Shown in pieces: positions 1-12,861 of a stretch of DNA of 64,000 nucleotides (positions are counted from its first letter, which is position 1; every line of letters begins with the position of its first letter). The DNA lies in NCBI RefSeq assembly GCF_009914755.1, contig NC_060933.1; one strand, written 5' to 3'. The position numbers and the translations under genes were made by a program. The stretch is from the human T2T-CHM13v2.0 reference genome, Homo sapiens. The notes under the pieces were generated by a model. The model saw nothing but the letters and a program-made list of their open reading frames with translations. It was not told the DNA's origin and searched no databases.

Positions 1-214
1 TGAGGCTAACTATGTTTCAGGCAACTGTACTCAGAGCCTTGCTTGAAATAACTCATTTAATTTTATAACAATGCCTTATTGTTTTCTGTACCCAATTTGA
101 GAAACTTGCAGGACTCCTAAGGTGTTTCCATATGAAGGAGCTTTAAGTAATCTTTAAGGGGAAAAATGGAATAAATGGAGAATAGTTAGTCTGTGAGACT
201 AAGAAAAGAGCGGT

Positions 215-440
215 AACTAACATTCACATAGAGCTGAGTATGTTCCAGGCACTTAGGCATATTAGCTCATTAATTGTCTCAATAACTCAAAAGGTAAACA
301 CTATGGTCACCATTTTATAGTTAAGGTACCTGAGGTATAGAGAGAGTACATAACTCCATCAATATAATAATAGCTAGTGAGTGGCAGAACCAGGATTTGA
401 ACCCAAATAAGTAGGTTCTTATCCACTATACTATACTGCC
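215..440 (-). mobile_element. MIR SINE remnant
   Basis: Degenerate MIR-like motifs (tatgttccaggcact...attttatagttaaggtacctgagg...ggcagaaccaggatttgaaccc); boundaries approximate. Confidence 0.6.
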
Positions 441-2899
441 TCTTGGGGTCTCACAATCTCAGCATCTTAAAATACTGAGGGGACTGTCATGTGGAAGACT
501 TTTCACTAACGTCTAGATCAACACAACCAATATTGATGGTGTAATTGATGATGTAATTGATAGTGTAAGCCACAGAAAGGCAGATTTTGACTCTATCTAT
601 GGAAGGACTTCCACTCAATTGGCATTACTCAAAGATCAGAATTCCTTGTTGATAGCAAGCTCCTTGCCACCAGAAATCCTCAAGAATGGGCCTGGGTGAC
701 CACTCCCAGCGAGGTGTGGGTGGGATTCCCTCCCTGGGTTTGAGGCTGATATAGATGACCTGTGTTACCCTTTAACATAATTTCATGACCACAACAACTG
801 CCATGACTTTGGAATATGGCCAAACATTTCCAAACTATTAAAACTGGGAGCAGGTGACAAAACTATGTGGCAAATATGAAGGCCCAGGATACTTTACCTG
901 AGCTCAGTGGTATCATCAAGTTCAACTCATAACTAAGTGATGCTGACACGTGGTCATGATGCAAATAAGTGTTGTTACCTGGATGATCAATTAACCTCAG
1001 TTCATGTCATCAATTCTAAGTAGTAAAATTTTCACTAATCAAGCCTACATTTTTGTTTTTCTTTTCTAGCTGTATTAATTTACCTGAATTTTAAAGCGAG
1101 GCTAAATGTGGTAGTTTTTCTCGATGCTATGTGGGTGTTTTTCTTCTTGGTGAAGCTGTAGAAGGATGGGAAGCAGGGGCATCACTTACTGGGCCAGAAG
1201 AGCCAGGTGAGAGCCAAGGACCTACGCGGTGAGAGGTCCATGCAGGCCAAGGGAGAGGAGACGTGACAGGAGCATGAGTCGGATGAGCTGGGGTCTGGAG
1301 GGAGCAGACACTGGCAGCAGAAGGTACAGAAACTGTACCCACCCCACAATGGCCCCAGATCCTCTGGGGCCAAAGTCCAGGGCAAGGGCTAAGGAAGCAG
1401 TCAGAGGCCAGGAAACAGGGCAAAAGCAGGAAGTACACAAGGAAGAGGCTTGGCCCCTGCCTCAGTCTCTGGGCATTTGTCTGGCTCCCCTGGGGCAGAA
1501 GACAGTTCTAGCTGGGTGGGCCTAAGCTCTGGATGCAGGGACAAGAAATTGGTGGTAATTGATGAGAGCAAAAAGACCCAGCACAGGGGTCCCAGGAGGT
1601 CCTGGTAGCAAGTCCAGGCCAGTGTTCTCAGGCAAACCTCCTGCGGCCCCAGCTCCTACCCCCACAGGAGGCCACAGGGCCGGGATTCCAGTCCCAGCAC
1701 TGCCCCTGACTCAGCAGGTAACCTTGGCAACATCCCTTCCTTCTCTGGCCTCAGTTTCTCATCTCTACAGTGGGAGAATTGGTCTAGATATTTCCTAAGG
1801 ACCTCCTGATCGTGAAATAAACACAACAGAGGCAGCTTTCAAAGATCTTCTTCCCCTTCTCCTTCCAAAGGGCTGGCAGGGAGTTTAAACCAACTTTGAG
1901 CCTCTCTCTTCTCTGCTTAAGAATTGAAGATTTCTATGAACTGGACTTTTTGATTTACAGTCCCAAGTGGTGTAGGAGGGAATAATAAGCTCTTTAGACT
2001 TGGAAGCTCCTGCAAGAAATGATGGATGTCCTCGAGGGAACGTACATCCAGGAAGGTGTCCCCAAACTCCCAGCAGGAATCAATCTCCCTGTCCCCTGAA
2101 TGCTCGACATCTCCCTAATAGCATTTTCTACCTCGTGTTTTGTGCAGCTGCTTGTGTGTCTCATATCCCCCAACTAGGTCACAAGCTCCCTGAGGTCAGC
2201 GACCGTGCACCTTGGGCTCTCGGGCAAGATTCATGGCATGGCTGCTGACCGGCTGGACAGATGGGACTTCTCTGATTTTTAACCAAGCATTCTTCCTGAA
2301 GATGAAAGTGTCCCACGTCATCTTGTTGGGATGATGTACCAGGATCTGTGCTGCTTTAAAAATGCACAAAATCCCTGGTACTTTGGAGTTGTTTGCAAGT
2401 AGAAAAAAAAAATTGATGGAGGGTGGAGCCCGATGCTAAGTGGAAGTTGGAATGAGACCCCTGGAAGCTTTGTTGCTTGTATCTGAGGTCCTGACTCTAT
2501 TGACACTACAGCACAGACCCCTGAAGACTGGGCCTCCCAGAAGCCTGCTTGCCACCTTCCTAGTATTGCAGGTCCCCCAAGAGCTGGGACCTGGTGGCAT
2601 CATATGCTAAATAAGAAAAATAATCATTAACAGCGAGCTTACTTTTTTGCAAAGCCTGCTAAGCCCTTTAGCCACTGGTCCTCATTACAGCCCTATGATG
2701 GCAGAAACTATTGTCATCCCCAATACACAGATAAGGAAACTGAGGTCCAAAACCACACAGCCAGGGACACTTTTCCTCCAACTCCTCACACGGGTCCTCC
2801 TCATTCCTGAGGCCTCTCTTTGAGCATCACTTCCTCGGGCTGGCCTTTTTCACCACCCTCAGTCAAGAGGCTTTTGGCAGCCTCATCATTCTGTATCGG

Positions 2900-3375
2900 A
2901 GGTCATCAAACTTGAGCATGCACCTGAGCCACCTGGAGGGCTTGTTACCGCACAGGTTGTTGCCCCACTCACCCTAGAGTTTCTGACTCAGTAAGTCGGG
3001 GGTGGAACCTGAGAACTTGCATTTCTTTAGTTTTTAAATTATAATTTGTGTGGGTACATAAAAGGTGTTCATATTAATGGGGCATGTAGGATATTTTGAT
3101 ACAGGCACACAATGTGTAATAGTCACATCAGGGTAAATGGGTATCTGTCACCTCAAGCCCCATCCTGTGTTGAAAACAATCCAATTATACTCTTTCAGTT
3201 ATTTTTAAATGTGCAATTAAATTATTATTGATTATAGTCACTCTGTTGTGCTTTCAAATACTAGATCTTATGCATTCTTTCTATTTTTGCTTTTGTACCC
3301 AGAACTTGCACTTCTAACATGCTCCCAGATGATGTCGAAGCTGTTGGTCCGGGGACCACACTTCAAGAACCATTG
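2900..3375. mobile_element. MER5A-like hAT-Charlie MITE, interrupted by an L1 fragment
   Basis: caaacttgagcatgca...cacctggagggcttgtta...gagaacttgcatttct on the left and aacatgctcccagatgatg...ggggaccacacttcaagaacca on the right match MER5A as I recall it. Confidence 0.75.
3027..3300 (-). mobile_element. 5'-truncated L1 (L1MA-type 3' end) with 15-bp target-site duplication
   Basis: Reverse-strand L1MA 3' UTR-like text (gggtacata...atattttgatacagg...tgtgtaat...tcagggtaaatggg); flanked by agaacttgcatttct (3012-3026) and agaacttgcacttct (3301-3315). Confidence 0.75.
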
Positions 3376-3384
3376 CTCATAGCA

Positions 3385-3590
3385 CTCCACTGATTTCCTT
3401 TAAAACACTAATCAGAGTCTGTAATTATTTAATTTATTGATTTGCTTAATTGATTATTGTCTCTTCCACCAGATTGCACGTTTCAGGAGGACAAGGACAG
3501 TACCTATTTCGTTCAGTTCGCTATTGCTAGCTCCCAGCACAGGACCTGGCTCATAATAGGTACTCAATGATATTTCTTGAATGAATGAGC
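3385..3590 (+). mobile_element. L2 3' end remnant
   Basis: cccagcacaggacctggctcataataggtactcaatgatatttcttgaatgaatga resembles the L2 3' terminus. Confidence 0.65.
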
Positions 3591-4334
3591 ACAGTGGTGG
3601 AGCTGAGACTAGGCCCAAGCCAAGCCTGCCTGACTGCAGAATCTGTGCTCCAAACACGACTCAGGACTGTCTCCCTGGACTTTAAAACCTCCAGCGGAGC
3701 TGCCCCATTAAGAGATAAATGGACACCAAATCTCTCATTGTGGCCAAAGTGAGAGTTCCGCCACAGTCCAGTCATGTATCTCCTGGAGACCACCCTAGAG
3801 AGACCAGGTGAGCAGTATGTGAGGTCCTGTGAGAGGCAAGGCCTTTGATTTCTGGTGTCCACATGTGCCAGGGCAGCTAAGAGCCCAGGGTGAAGTGACT
3901 CCCGCCCTCCCACATCATCAGCCCATCTGGTTCTGCTGGGGCTGTGCAGACACAGCCCAGGAGGCCCCAGGTACCCAGGTCTGACCACGGAGAACAAGCT
4001 GATGGCATCTGATGCTTGGCTACACGTTCAGGAAACATCCTTGCAGATGTTTCCTCCTGAAGAGGAAGGCACAGGAGAAGAAAAAGGAGAGGAAGGACAA
4101 AAAAGAATATAATAAAAGAAAATTGCTTGCTGTGCCTCTTTTTGGCAAACTAAATGCTCGTTGAAATTAAGATAAGCTTGACAGGCTTTCGTTAGCAGTT
4201 TTTTGGGGCCTGAGACGATCTTGCCTTGAGAGACTTCTATTAGAACCGGCTCCACAACTAATAATGCGGTCTCTGTCACTTAACTCAAAAGTCCCTGCTG
4301 GACTCGTACAGTGAAGCGTTAAGGAAATGAAATC

Positions 4335-4393
4335 TTTTTTCTTTTTTTCTTTTCTTTTCTTTTTCTTTCTTCTTCTTCTTCTTTTTTTTTTTT
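4335..4393. repeat. (CTTTT)n/(CTT)n/poly-T pyrimidine tract
   Basis: Seen directly. Confidence 0.9.
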
Positions 4394-4759
4394 TAACATA
4401 TACAGCAAAGTTTGATTTGTTGAGAACATTTCTTCAACTGACAAGTTACAAGCCATGTCTGAGAGGCCCACTGGGAACTTTCAAAATTTGAGCAGCAGTT
4501 TCTAATCACTGACGATGATTAGCATTTTAGCGAATAGATTTTTGATAAGAAAAATCTTTGCTCTGTGAGAAGAAAAAAAAAACTCTGACATTTGATAATG
4601 CAAACAGAGTAGCAATTTTAATTAGGCCTCCAACCCTCCTTGGCATAGCAAACATTGCACAAGATCCAGATGTTTCCCATCTTGCAGGATGTGAACTTAA
4701 GGCTGCGTCAAGGTCATTGGTACCAGGTACTATGCCACTGATTGAATCTCCGAGGCAAA

Positions 4760-5010
4760 CAATAATAACCATTATTTCATGAGCACTTACTATGTGCCAG
4801 ATGTTCTGCTATGTCACATGCATTATCTCAACTGAGCCTCATCTCAGTCTTAAGAGAGCTACCATTTTTATGGTTCCCATTTTACAGATGGGAAAATTAA
4901 GCTGAGAATGGTTTGCTAATCCAAAGTTCCCCAGCTTGTTGGTGGTGGAGACACTAACCCAGGTCTCTGTGTGACTCCAGAGTTTCCACATTGAACTTTA
5001 CTGCCTCCCA
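4760..5010 (-). mobile_element. MIR SINE remnant
   Basis: gagcacttactatgtgccag...cccattttacagatgggaaaatta MIR core. Confidence 0.65.
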
Positions 5011-5639
5011 GATGCCATTCAAATGGGGACAGGCTGAGTGACCGGGGAGGAGCATTAAGATCTCACCCTGGCTCTGTCACTGAGTGTGCGACGAATCATG
5101 TGATCTCTCCTGGACTCAGCCTCCTTGTCTGTAGACTGGGGATACTATCAGACATTTCTCCTTCACTAGACTCTTGTGGGGCTCTGGGGAAGGGCTAATG
5201 GTGCTTAGGAGGATGTTATTTCCTCTCATGAAACCAGACCTAGACACCATCTTCTTTCCGTTGATCTTAGCCCCACCCTTTGCGGCTACCCAGAAGAACT
5301 CTGGTTCCTTGCCCTGAGATCTTCAGGAATTTATGATCAACTCTTGAGTCTTCTCAATTTTATATTCTCCAGATCAAACATCTCTGATTCCTTCAACCAG
5401 TCTCCATATGCCATGACATTGAGTTTCAACACCTCCTGTAGCAGAGATCTGTCATCAGCACAGTGGGGATAATAATGGTCATTGTGAAGATTAAATGAAC
5501 AAATGTATGATGCTCTGAGAACAAGGTCTGGCATCCCAATATTCATTCTCCCCTTTTACTTAGTGATGGAGCCATGATATTATTTGGAACATCTTGAGGA
5601 CATTATTGCCTGGCTTTCCTTGCTGATAGGGGCTGACCC

Positions 5640-7520
5640 ATGAGGTATAATTTACATACAATGAACTGTTTAGATCTTAAGTCTGTCTCATCAGTTTTCA
5701 TGAAAGTAGATTAAATCAGAACTTTTTCAGGCAATCCTCACCCTCACCCCAAAACAACCACGAATCTAAGTTATATTACTACAGGATACTTTTGCCTATT
5801 TTAGAATAAGTGGAATCACATGTTATACGCGTTCTGAGTCTGGCTTCTTCCCTCATCATATTTTTGAGATTCATCCATATTGTTGCCTGTGTCTGTCTCG
5901 TGAGGATACCACTGGAAGACAATACTGTAGCTTACTTAGTTATTCTCCTGTTCATAGACATCTAGGTTGTTTCCATTCTTTAACTATTGTGGATACAATT
6001 TCTACGACAATTCTCCTACCAGCCTTTTTGTGGACATAGGTTTTTATTTCTCAGGTGAATACCTAGAAATGAAATTTCTGGGTCATAGGGTAGATATATG
6101 TTTAGCTTTTCAAGAAATTATGAAAGTGTTTTCAAAAGTGGTTATACCATATTACATTCCAAATTGCACTATATGTGAGTTACGATTTTTCTACATTCTC
6201 TCCAACGTCTCGTGTTGTCAGCTTTTATCATCTTAGCCATTCTAGACAGTAAGTAGTGATCTCTCATTGTCACTTGCATCTTCCTGATGACCAATGATGC
6301 TAAGTGACTTCTTGTACACTTATTAGCCACTTATATATATCTTCTTCTGTAAAATGTCTGCTCAAGTCTTTTGTCTTTTTAAAAATAAATTCTGCTGCCT
6401 GTCTTTATTACTGAGTTGTGGGAGTTTATATATTCTGCATACAAGTCTTTTGTCAGATAATTGTGGTGTTAATATTTTCTTTCATTCTGTAACTTCCCGA
6501 TTTATTTTCTTGATGGTACTTTTTAATGAGCAGAAGTTTTGGTTTTGATCAAATTCATTTTCTCAACTTTTTCCTTTTATCATTTATGCTGTCTGTGTCT
6601 TTTCTAAGGAATCTTTGCTTACCCCAAGGTCACAGAGATATTCTGTTTTCCTTTAAGAACTTTATTTTTTTCACTTTTACCTTTAGGTCTGTAATTCAGC
6701 TTGAATTTATTTTTGTGTGTGGTGTGAGATGGGGCCAAGATTCTTTGTTTTCATATGGATTTCCATTTATTCCAGCACCATCTGCCAAAGACATTTTTCT
6801 TTCCCATTTAACAGTGTTGGCTTCCTTGTTAAAAATCAAGTGACAATATATGTGTGGACCTATGTCTGAATCCTCCATCCTGTTCCATTGATTTGTCTAT
6901 GCTTTCACCAAAGCCACACTGTTTTGATGGTTATAGCTTTATAGTAAGTCTTGAAATCTGATAGCATAAGTCTCCTCATTTTGTAATTAATTTTCAAGAT
7001 TGTTTTGGCTATTATTGGTCTTTTGCCTTTCCAAATAAATTTTAAAATCTTTTGGACTGGGATGAAATTGGTATTTAAATCAATTTATGGAAAATGGATG
7101 CTATAATAATATTGTCTTTCAATCATGATTTTAAAATTTAATTGTTAATTTGCTTAATTTGTTTATGTCTTTTAAATTCCTTTCAGCATTGTTTTATAGT
7201 TTCAGTGTAGAAGGTTTTCATCTTTTAAGCTTCTCCTTAAGCATTTGATGTTTTTGAATGCTTTTATACATAGTATTTATTTTTAATATAATTTTCTAAT
7301 TGTTCACTCCTAATGTACAGAAATACAATTGATTTTTATATTTATTTTGTATATCGATTTATTCTAAATGCATTTATTAGCTCTAGTAGGTTTTTTGGGG
7401 GTAGATTCTTTAGGATCTCCTATGAACAATCATGTCATTTGAAAACAAAGACAACTTTAATTCTTCCTTTGTAATCTATATGTCTTTTAATTTATTTTGC
7501 TTGTCTTATTGCACCAGGTA
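5640..7520 (-). mobile_element. Old L1M (L1MC/ME-type) fragment, ORF2 3' part to 3' UTR
   Basis: T-rich plus strand with L1 antisense hallmarks (gaggtataatttacataca, ttgagattcatccatattgttg, ttccagcacca, tctgttccattg); the minus-strand frame HIYCHLIFNKEANTVKWERKMSL..W..LTPHTKINS resembles L1 ORF2. Confidence 0.85.
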
Positions 7521-8022
7521 GGCTTTTTCTCTTTAATGCATCTCAAGACACTCTTGATTTTGGTACAAGTCAGTCTTTGCACAGGTCTCAGGTTTTTCTC
7601 CTTCCTAAGAAAGCACAATCAATCAGTTGCAAAAATCCATTTTCCCTAAAAAGTTGGTGTTTTTCCAGATGTAAGGACACACTCAAGGATTTGGCTTTAA
7701 TTTTTCTTCTTGGCATGGGATGAACTTCAACTTGCATAGAGTTTTTAGTTCTGTTTGTGAAGTATTGCCAGTCCTCTGCATCTTCCGGGCACAGAAGATT
7801 TGCAATTCCTGGGTGCCTTTTGGGTAAGTGGGCCTGTATGATTGGTTTTGGCCAAAAAGTAAGCCCTGAAACAATACGTCACCTCTGCACCAAGGAATTG
7901 AACTACTGATAATGCAAGAGTTTCCAGAACTCTCTTTTCCTCTAGCACATTTACCTATGATGTTTGAGGTGAAAACTACTTCCTCTGCCTGGGTCTCTGA
8001 ATGAGCACAACACTCATTCAGC

Positions 8023-8169
8023 GTCACAAAGAGGGGCAGATAACATGCCTGTCTGGGGAAGCCGAGAACAAGTTGCTTTATTACTAGGGGAGTGAGAAAG
8101 GCCACTTATAAGAGGTAGTGCTTGGGCCAGGCCTGGAAGGACAGGAGGGACTCTCACAGGTGGGTGTTC
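8023..8169 (+). repeat. 147-bp dispersed copy of 9737-9883, flanked by a ~43-bp direct repeat
   Basis: Manual alignment gives 11 mismatches and no gaps over 147 nt; flanking repeat at 7980-8022 and 8167-8209. Confidence 0.95.
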
Positions 8170-8209
8170 TTCTGCCTGGGTCTACAATGAGCATAACACT
8201 CCCCTCAGC

Positions 8210-8320
8210 TCCTGCTGACCCACAACAGACATTTGGCTTGAGGTGGAAATAAAATGCTGTCTTAAGGCACTGAGATTTTGGGATTATTTGTTACAGCAGC
8301 ATTACCTAGCCTGATGTAAC
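8210..8320 (+). mobile_element. MLT1 (MaLR) LTR 3' end remnant
   Basis: aaataaaatgctgtcttaaggcactgagattttgggattatttgttacagcagcattacc resembles the MLT1 terminus. Confidence 0.6.
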
Positions 8321-9309
8321 TTATGTGAATTTCCAAAAGAGAGGTGGCCAAGCAAAGCACTAAGTGGAGGCAATGTAAGATTACATATTGTTTTCTTCTC
8401 TGGATGAGACAAAGGGCATACACCCCCAGAGAAATCAGTGGTGAGCTAAGGCCCAGAATCTTATGCAGGTCTTCCCCATTGCCCAGCACATAGTAGATAT
8501 TCTAAAAAAAAATGCTTATATTCAGTTAAGCCAGAGTTCTCCTTTCCTCTTGAGGTCTGTGTAAGTAGAAGCACAGTACTTCCCTCATTCTCTCCTACTA
8601 TCTCCTCCTTGCCTGCAAATGGGAATGACAAAAACAACTTGCCCTCGAGAACTGTTGGGAGAAATTGTGCTGATTACAAAACGCTTTGCAAAATGTAAAA
8701 TCCTATCTAAGTGGCAATTTTCTCCATTGCTCTGCCAATTGTAATAAATAAATATTGTTTTTTAGAACTGGCTCCTGGCTTGCTTTCCCGCGGTCATCCC
8801 ATCAAACACTCCAACACGCCTGGGGTTATTGTCCACTCTGGATTTGCATGTGTGTGCGCGCATGGTGCTTATGTAATGCTATTTACTGAGGAGTTGAGTA
8901 AGCCTATCTTGTAGCAGTAAAACTCGAGAACGAGGACGATGTCATACCCCATTGGAGAGGTGATGGGTCAGAACAACTCACTCGGGACAACTGTACTATT
9001 TGCTCCCAAGGGCAGGGGGGCTTGTTTCAGTCATTTCTGCAGCCCTAGTATGCCTGGATTTGGGAATATCCTTTGTGGTTATTAAAATTTTTCAATTCTT
9101 GACCCAGCTTGGATTGGGGCCCTAGGTTTCTGGCTCATGTTATAGCCATGGGTAGAGTCCAGGAACTCCTATAAACTGCACCTGCTGATGGTTAAATTCA
9201 TGTTTGCTGACCACTTACTATGACTATATGTGAGGTACAATGAAGGATATAAAGATCACTGACAGTCCCTGACCCCAGCAAGCTGCCATTTAGTACAGGG
9301 CTGGGGGAG

Positions 9310-10070
9310 ACTTTCATTTATTCATTCATATACCTATTCAGTCATTGACTCTACCAGCAGTGATTCCACTAATTTTGACTGGTGTTTCAGGTGCCACTCT
9401 AGCTACAAAACAAAGTCTCAGGCTTCAGGGAGCATATGTTCTAATAGGAGGATACAGGCATTAATCAAATACTTTTAATAGTAATAAATATTTTACCATA
9501 AAATGCAATAAGTACTGTTGAAAAAGAGTTTAGAGTGCAGTGACCACAAGAAATCAAGGGGAAGAGACTTTTTCAGGGGGAGGCAGCTAAGGAAGGCTTC
9601 TCTGGGCAAGTAACCTTTGAGTTGAGACCTAAAAGATAAAATTAAGAATCACCCAGTCTGGAGACAGGATGGAGGTAGAGAGAGCAAGTCAGGCAAAATA
9701 AACAATACATTTAATGCAAGACAGACTACATGATAAGTCACAAAGAGGGGCAGATAACATGCCTGTCCTAGGAGGCCCAGAACAAGTTGCCTTATTACTA
9801 GGGGAGTGAGGAAGGCTGCTTATAAGAGGTAGTGCTTGGGCCAGGCCTAGAAGGACAGGAGGGACCCTCACAGGTGGGTGTTCCAGAGGAAGGAGGAGGA
9901 ACAGCACAAGCAAAGACCCAGAGGTAGGAAAGAGAGGATGAGGAATTCAGGGCAGACTGTGAAGAGCATAGACTGCTAGGCTAAGGAGTCTGGACTTTTC
10001 CCCATTGGTAGTAGGGAGTAATTGGAGGCTTTTGAATAGGAGAGTGATGTGATCAGAACACTTGAATGAA
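9310..10070 (-). mobile_element. L2 remnant(s)
   Basis: tcattcattc start, ggaaggcttctctg...tttgagttgagacct, and ggagtctggactttt...ggagagtgatgtgatcaga are L2-antisense-like; boundaries approximate. Confidence 0.6.
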
Positions 10071-10394
10071 AGAGACTCCTTTGTCCCTCTTGGAAACAGT
10101 CTTGTGCATAACCCAAAAACATCTCAGAGCCTCTGGCCCCCCTTGAGCCTAAAGAGGACTTCCAGTGGTCTGGAAATTTCCTCTGCCCACAAGAAGAAAC
10201 ACCAACACCCTGAGAAGACAGTGCAGGAGAGGCAGGAAGGGACACAGGGGCCTGTTACTGGGGCCTTCTTCCCCAGTGATGAAAGAATGTGTGTGTGTGA
10301 GCTCTGTACCCAAAGTGTCTCAGAGGAGGGGGCTGTGTATATGCCAACTATTGTGTAAAATAGGCGGACAGAAGGAAAGGCCTTGTACTTGTTT

Positions 10395-10790
10395 TGGAAC
10401 ATCTTTCAGGTACAAGGGGGGAAAATCCCAAATCAATCTAAAAAATAGAATAAAGAGAATTAATTGGCCCATGACCCTGGGTACCTCCAGGGGATGGCAC
10501 TGGCTTCAGACATGGCTGAATCTAGGGCCTAAACCAAGTGATCGGGTTTCTCTTTCTCCCTCCATTTCTTGGGTTTGCTTCCATTTGTATATTGACCTCA
10601 TTATTTCTCATTGCTATTGAGTTTCCTCAGCGCAGGTAAAGAAAAGAGCCCTTGAAAGCTCTAGCCTGGCATTGCAGCAGGAAGAAGGAGTTTCTATGTG
10701 TGTAAGTCCCAGGGAAGCACTCTGATTGGTCTTGATGGCTCACATGCCCATCTCTTGGACCAATCACTGTTGTCAGAGGGAAGAGGTACT
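10395..10790 (-). mobile_element. MLT1-type LTR remnant
   Basis: tggcttcagacatggctgaatctagggcc...ctctgattggtcttgatggctcacatgcccatctcttggaccaatcactg resembles old MLT1 LTRs. Confidence 0.55.
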
Positions 10791-12475
10791 ATGGGTGGCC
10801 AGGCTTGTCCTGAGACTGACTGGCAGTTCTAGCCAAATCACAGACAGTGAAGGAGAACAGAGCGCCAGTGGAAGCAAATCTGAGCTAACAAAAATAACCC
10901 AAGAACCTTATGGTCCTTTTCTCAGGCTGTCCACCGTACAAGAAATGATCCATGGGAGAGTGTTTATAAATCACAGTCTTCATCCCAGAAATCTGGGAGC
11001 CCAGGTCATTTCAAGAAATAATAATAATAAATATATAAAAATATATTTTAATGAGCTTTTGAAAACAGTCATGGTCATTTATTTCATATGACAAGATTAA
11101 TTAAAGCTGAGGAATTCTGTTTTCAATGGGGATCCAATTGCTCCCCCATAGGGTTTTGACACTAAGGGGACAGTGGTTCTGCTATGTTGCGGGAAGATCC
11201 CTGGTGGGAACTCATGTGACCTGGGCTTTGGCTCTGGGCCTGCCTCTGGCTCACTCTGTGATCTTGGGCAACTCCTTTCCTCTCTCTGGACCTCAGTTGA
11301 CCTATCTTTACTGTGAGAAGGGTGATGTCTGCTGGTAGGCCTCATGGACTTTGACCCACTCCTACAGTGCTGGCTCTTAGTTAATTCTCTTTGCAGGAGA
11401 CATTCATTGTCCCCACGAGCCCTGGATGCCCCTACAAGGAACAGGTGAGTTCTGTCCCCACCAGCTTTCTTCTGAGGACTGCTGGAGCATATCATTTGTG
11501 CTAAGGTTAGGAATAAACTAAAATTCAGTGTTTCTGGAAGCTCCCGGCCCTGGCCCCACTAACAGGAACCCACAAAAAGGGCGATTACCAGCTATGATTT
11601 CTAAGAAGCAGATGCATAGGGTCAGAGACCTGGGCTGGAAGGTCCTGAGTGGTTCCTGAGCCAAGACTCCCATCCTATGCTAGAGGCTCCTCCCCGACTC
11701 CAGGAGAGTGCTCCTCCAGTCGCTGTTGTAAACCGCTGCCCATGACACTGGGCTCACTTCCATCCTTGGACTCCTTGACAGTCCAATTTACCTGTGACAT
11801 TTCCCTACAGGTCCCAGTGCACAGAAGGGGATCCCAGGCAGAGGGGATATTGTGTGCCAAGGCCCCAGTGTTGGGGGTGAAGGAGAGGAGAGAGAGATAG
11901 AGAGAGGTCAGAGGGAGCTAAAAGCTCAGTGGCAGGAGCAGGAAAAAAATAGGCAAGATCTCAAAGGCTGAAAAGGAGCCTGAATTCTGTGCCTCTGAAG
12001 GGAGTCAGGGGAGAAGCTTTGCCCCTTGGAAGGTCACCCAGGTGTGGTGTGGAGGAGAACCGTAAGCCCGAAGGAGGTGAGAGATGTCTGCGCTGGGGAG
12101 TTGATAGGGGATAGACAGGTGGGAAGGCTGAAAGGTGGGCTGTGCCCCCTTTGGTGACACATTAGGTACAGGATATGCTCAAGTTGGAGGGTGGGGCTGC
12201 AAGTGCTGCTGGCTGGGATGGGGAGCCCAGGGAGGCTCTGGGAAGGAGCGATGTTCACTTGGGCACCTGGGGACATGGGATGTGCAGGGAGCCTTCTGGT
12301 GGTTTCAGGTAGTAGAGGTGGGAGGTTCAGACCAACCTTCCAGATTCATGCCAGGGCCAACACAGGCCTCAGCAATGTCTTACCGGCCCTGGGCCTCTGA
12401 AAGAAAGAGTTTACCCCACTCTAGTCGGTGCCACCATTTCTGAGCAGGCATCCTGTTTAAAACAGGAATTTCATG

Positions 12476-12748
12476 AGCATTTTGGGAGGCTGAGGCAGGC
12501 GGGTCGCTTGAGCCCAAGAGTTTGAAGACCAGCCTGGGCAACATGGTGAAACCTCAACTCTACCAAAAACAAAAACAAAAACAAAAAAACATTGGCCAGG
12601 TGTGGTGGTGTGTGCCTGTAGTCTCGGGTACTCAGGGGTGGGGAGGCTGAGACTGGAGGATTGCTTGAGCCCAGGAAGTCAAGGCTGCAGTGAGCCAAAA
12701 TTATGCCCCTGCACTCCAGCCTCGGTGGAGACAGAGCAAAATCCTGTC
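12476..12748 (+). mobile_element. AluJ-type element, 5'-truncated
   Basis: Dimeric Alu with J-type diagnostics (gcttgagcccaagagtt, gaggattgcttgagcccagga, ggctgcagtgagc). Confidence 0.9.
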
Positions 12749-12804
12749 AAAAAAGAAAGAAAAAGAAAGAAGAAAGAAGAAAGAGAAAGAAGGAAAGAAA
12801 GAAA

Positions 12805-12861
<57 letters not shown>

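Noticed and set aside
5967-6878. Short ORFs in the T-rich region
   Set aside because: Decayed L1 sequence; only a disrupted ORF2-like fragment remains.
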